Assembly (NCBI RefSeq): GCF_006345805.1
Contig: NW_021835484.1
Span: 1 to 39,060, forward strand
Origin: Octopus sinensis
Taxonomy: Eukaryota
Direction of reading: 5' to 3'
DNA: 39,060 nt
Positions within the stretch are counted from its first letter, which is position 1, and each line of letters opens with the position of its first letter. The notes under the pieces were generated by a model, which was given only the letters and a program-made list of their open reading frames with translations, did not search any database and had not been told where the DNA came from. A program made the translations under genes and the position numbers. Of this stretch, positions 35,240-39,060 are shown in pieces.

Positions 35240-35720
35240 ATGGTGTGTGTTTGTTGGTGTGGTGTGGTGGGTGTGTATGTGTGTGTTTGTGTGTTTGTGT
35301 GTTGTGTGTGTATGTGTGTGTGTGTGTGTGGTTGTGTGTGTGTGTGTATGTGGTTGTGGTTTGTGTGTGTTTGTGTGTGTGTGTGTGTGTATGTGTGTGT
35401 TGGTGTGTGTGTGGTGTGTATGTGTGGGGGTGTTGTGTGTGTTTGTGTGTGTGTTTGTGTGTGTGGGGTATGTGTGTGTTTGTGTGTGTTTGTGTGTGTG
35501 TGCGTATGAGTGTGTGTAGAGTGTATGTATATATATGCATGTACATATGTGTATATGAGTGTATGTATATGTATATATGTATGTACATGTGTATATATGC
35601 ATTTGTGTGTGTGTGTGTGTGTGTGTGCATATTTTGTGTTAATGTGTATGTATGTGTGTGTGCGTAGTCTGTGTTAATGTATTTGTGTGTGTGTGTGTGT
35701 ATGTGTGTGTGTGCATCCTT
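34120..35720. repeat. GA-rich tract and about 1.1-kb degenerate (GT)n
   Basis: Direct reading. Source of the 337-387 aa CV/HT ORFs. Confidence 0.95.
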
Positions 35721-35849
35721 GTGATGCATATGTGCTTATACGTTTTTTGCCCAATGTACCTGTCACTGAAAATATTTCACGTGTGGGTGTATATGTGTAT
35801 GTGAGTAGGAATCCCTATAATGCATGTGCTTATGAGCAAGTGGTGTATG

Positions 35850-35885
35850 CATGTATGTATGTATGTATCTACATATATAATATAT

Positions 35886-35941
<56 letters not shown>

Positions 35942-36053
35942 TGTATTTGTGTCCGTGTACACACAAAGACTACTTCAGGTATATTTAAAATAATTTTCAT
36001 ATATATCTATATCTATCTATCGATTTGTCTGTCTGTCTCTAAATAAATAATAA

Positions 36054-36117
<64 letters not shown>

Positions 36118-36378
36118 ATGTATATTTATATATGTATATATATATATGTATATATATTCATGTATAATATATATATAGTATATATGTGAGTGTGTGTGTA
36201 TATATGTATGTATATATATAGTGTGTGTGTGTATAAGTGTATTCCTATGTATGTACGTGTGTGAGAGTGTACGTATATACATGTATATGTATGTATATGT
36301 GTTTATATGCATGGGATACACATCTGTATGCATATACATATATAATATACAAACTATATATACATGCATATATACATA

Positions 36379-36442
<64 letters not shown>

Positions 36443-36495
36443 GATATATATATATATGTATATATATATGTATATATATATATAACATATATACA

Positions 36496-36526
<31 letters not shown>

Positions 36527-36570
36527 CATACATACATACATACATACATTCAGATGCATACTTACGTATA
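35850..36570. repeat. (TA)n/(TATG)/(CATA) block
   Basis: Direct reading. Confidence 0.95.
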
Positions 36571-36937
36571 ATACTATAATATTTATAATAGACAAAAGCA
36601 CATACACAGATACATATATCGTAATAAAACAAATCAATTTCCCCACACTATAATAAAAATGTATTTTCAAGCAAAGTATCTTGGCAAAAAAAGATCCATT
36701 GAAACTATAATGGATTTATGAATAAGGAGTTCAATAGAAACGTAATGAATAATTGAAATATGAAAGACGATAATCGCTTAAACGAACGAACATTATAAAA
36801 TACATTTTAGCCACATCTCACTATATCTAGTCCAGGGGTTGTCTGCCCTTGGGTAGGTCCTGTACTTGGGGATATTTTCCAGCGCGCTCTGTACGAGCTT
36901 GGAGGGCCCGAACTCTCCCTTGTTGCGGTGATTCTTT

Positions 36938-37140
36938 TATTCTTTTACTTGTTTCAGTCATTTGACTGCGGCCATCCTGGAGCACCGCCTTTTCAGTCGA
37001 GCAAATCAACCCCAGGCCTTATTCTTTGTAAGCCTTGTGCTTATTCTATCGGCCTCTTTTCGCTGAACCTCTAAGTTACGGGGACGTAAACACACCAGCA
37101 TCGGTTGTCAAGCGATTTTGGAGGGACAAACACAGACAGA

Positions 37141-37171
<31 letters not shown>

Positions 37172-37328
37172 TTATATACGACAGGCTTTTTTCATTTTCC
37201 GTCTACCAAATAAACTCACAAGGCTTTGGTCGGCCCGAGGCTATAGTAGAAGACACTTTCCCAAGAGGGACTGAACCCGGAACCATGTGGTTGGTAAGCA
37301 AGCTACTTACCACACAGCCACTCCTGCG
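36938..37328 (-). mobile_element. SINE family D (reverse)
   Basis: ttttacttgtttcagtcatttgactgcggccat...aagctacttaccacacagccactcctgcg. Confidence 0.9.
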
Positions 37329-37399
37329 GTTGAGTAAATTACTGGAACTTTGCTTGCCGTGACTAGACATGGAGTGAATAATGGAACGGTTTCCCGTAA

Positions 37400-37618
37400 C
37401 AGGTGGGATTTGAACTCAGAATGTCAAAAGCCGGAAGATACACCGTGAAGCATTTCTGCCGACGTGCTAGCGATTCTACCATCCTGCCATCCGCAGAGCA
37501 ACGTGAAATAAAATGTTTTGCTCAAGAGCACAACACACCGCCCGGTCCGGGAATCGATCCGGCGAATGCTAGATCGTGAGTGCAACACCATAACCATTAG
37601 GCCACGCGCTTTCGCATC
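37400..37618 (-). mobile_element. Reverse heads of SINE family A (37400-37490) and family B (37495-37618)
   Basis: gggatttgaactcagaatg...gcatttctgccgacgtgctagcg, and gttttgctcaagagcacaac...ccattaggccacgcgc. Confidence 0.7.
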
Positions 37619-37631
37619 TCACTATATGCAC

Positions 37632-37828
37632 TGTAGAATATATATACTGACGCGGTAAAATTTGACCGAACATGATGCTCTTTGGCCACGAACCTTGTCC
37701 ATGATGCTTTTTGACCACGAGACTGTAATGATGACCAAAATGAATAAACTTTAGAAAGTATATATTAGCCATCATTATATACATTGTAGATATATACTGA
37801 CGAGGTAAAAATTGACCGAACATATGTC
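37632..37828 (+). repeat. About 40-bp direct repeat, 150 bp apart, with a hammerhead-like core
   Basis: tgtaga(a)tatatactgacg(c/a)ggtaaaa(t/a)ttgaccgaacat at about 37632 and 37785. Confidence 0.7.
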
Positions 37829-38489
37829 CATAATTGTCTTTTACAAACAAAAAACAGTCCACCCTTTTCCTCAAGCATGTAAATTAACTGGAGAAATTAA
37901 TCATTAATTTCAGGAAATAATTTTTATTTTGGACTCTCCATGTATTATCACGTGATATTTTCCTTCTTTTAACTTAGGAAGTTATTTCAATAATATATGA
38001 ATTTATAGCATACAACATTCAATATGTTACCCGTTAACTTAATTATTAAAATTCACGCGATTGCCTCTTTGAGGTATTTCCTTTAGCTCTTTTTTCTTCT
38101 TAGTTCTCGTTATGAAATTTATTCCGGCAAAAATATAGATAAAATATTTTATAGATGAAAAATTTTATTCACAAGTCTGCAGGCTCGGTTCGACGTTTCT
38201 ATGCTGTAAACGTTTTTTTATGATGATGAGATGAAAAAAAGGTACATGAGTATGGAAATTTATTTTGAAAAATTTATTTTTAGTTTCTTTCATTTGTCAT
38301 CTTTTCCCTCTCTGAGCGTCACTAGAGGCGAACAACTTCTGAATTTATAAGAGAACTATTAAAGAAGTTAAAATGCTGCAAAAACCAGTTGGATCTATCG
38401 CATCACTGCTATGTTATACCTGTGTAAGTTATAAAAACATCGCACTGACAGCTGTCTGATTTATACAAACAACCCACAGATAAACTGCA

Positions 38490-38790
38490 AAACTAAAACA
38501 TATAGCGCAACACATAAAATGTATCGAAAAGCAATGTGAAGACGATCCACAGTTATATAGGCGAAAAGGCGCGCAGTCTAGGTGAAAAGACGGCGGAACA
38601 CGAGCGGGAATACAATGGAAAGGAGCAAGCATTCATACCCTAATTAGCATGTCGTCCAGAAACTTTAGGGATCACAAATCTCGAAGTAATGTAAGGTTGA
38701 AACGACCTAACATTAAAGCAGATTACAGAGGCTGTACGAATACAAGAAGTAGACACTAACCACATATATACATTCAAATGAAAGAATGAT
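38490..38790 (+). pseudogene. Penelope-like element GIY-YIG endonuclease remnant
   Basis: Frameshifted HIKCIEKQCEDDPQ / SYIGEKARSLGEKTAEHER (YIGETxRxLxxRxxEH motif), then KQITEAVRIQ (RQIxEAVxI-like motif). Confidence 0.7.
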
Positions 38791-39060
38791 GCCAACATCA
38801 AAATATTGAAGCCAGCATAAGATCACATGTGTGTGTGAGTGCATGTTTGGTTTGAAGTCATATCGTGTTCTTATTTTTGTACTGGGCTGTAACGATGCCC
38901 CATTAATCACAGCCCATCATTACAAAAAATAAAGATACAATATGACTAAATCCAAATATGTGCTCTCACATACACGAGGTGTTGTACTGGCATCGACGCA
39001 AGAGAGAAAATACAGAAATAATCAAAAACAAAGGCGAAAAACAGAAATAATTACACGACA

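Noticed and set aside
34499-35729. Long ORFs of 336-387 aa (CV- or HT-rich) and similar ORFs at 5.4-7.3, 14.6-16.4, 23-24.8, 25.9-26.4 and 33.4-36.7 kb
   Set aside because: They are translations of stop-free simple repeats with no coding signal.
36815-36935. GC-richer island with an open minus-strand frame (NHRNKGEFGPSKLVQSALENIPKYRTYPRADNPW)
   Set aside because: It is short and adjoins a SINE tail, with no splice signals or recognisable motif.
38104-38241. Strong acceptor and AAG|gtacat donor around protein-like text (MKNFIHKSAGSVRRFYAVNV)
   Set aside because: All frames contain stops as written. It would need an assumed sequencing indel.

Overview
AT-rich, extremely microsatellite-rich eukaryotic DNA. 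The SINE families look like those of octopus/coleoid cephalopods, which is my recognition and not a database result. Most long ORFs in the track are simple-repeat translations. The window is mostly a transposon graveyard: two full-length decayed mariners with TIRs and TA target duplications, a third mariner end, a maT/DD37D fragment, MITEs, a non-autonomous Helitron, 3' ends of HERO, RTE and R4/Dong LINEs, a Penelope-like GIY-YIG remnant, and dozens of tRNA-derived SINE copies in about four families. No gene can be named, but several short + strand candidate exons join in frame across 10-38 kb. The most notable signal is a set of hammerhead ribozyme (HHR) motifs, densest at 29.1-31.2 kb. One of them (30047-30124) is a structurally complete type I HHR with Schistosoma-like tertiary elements and a compensatory U3-A8 core pair. 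Repeat boundaries were estimated by eye and can be off by several bases.
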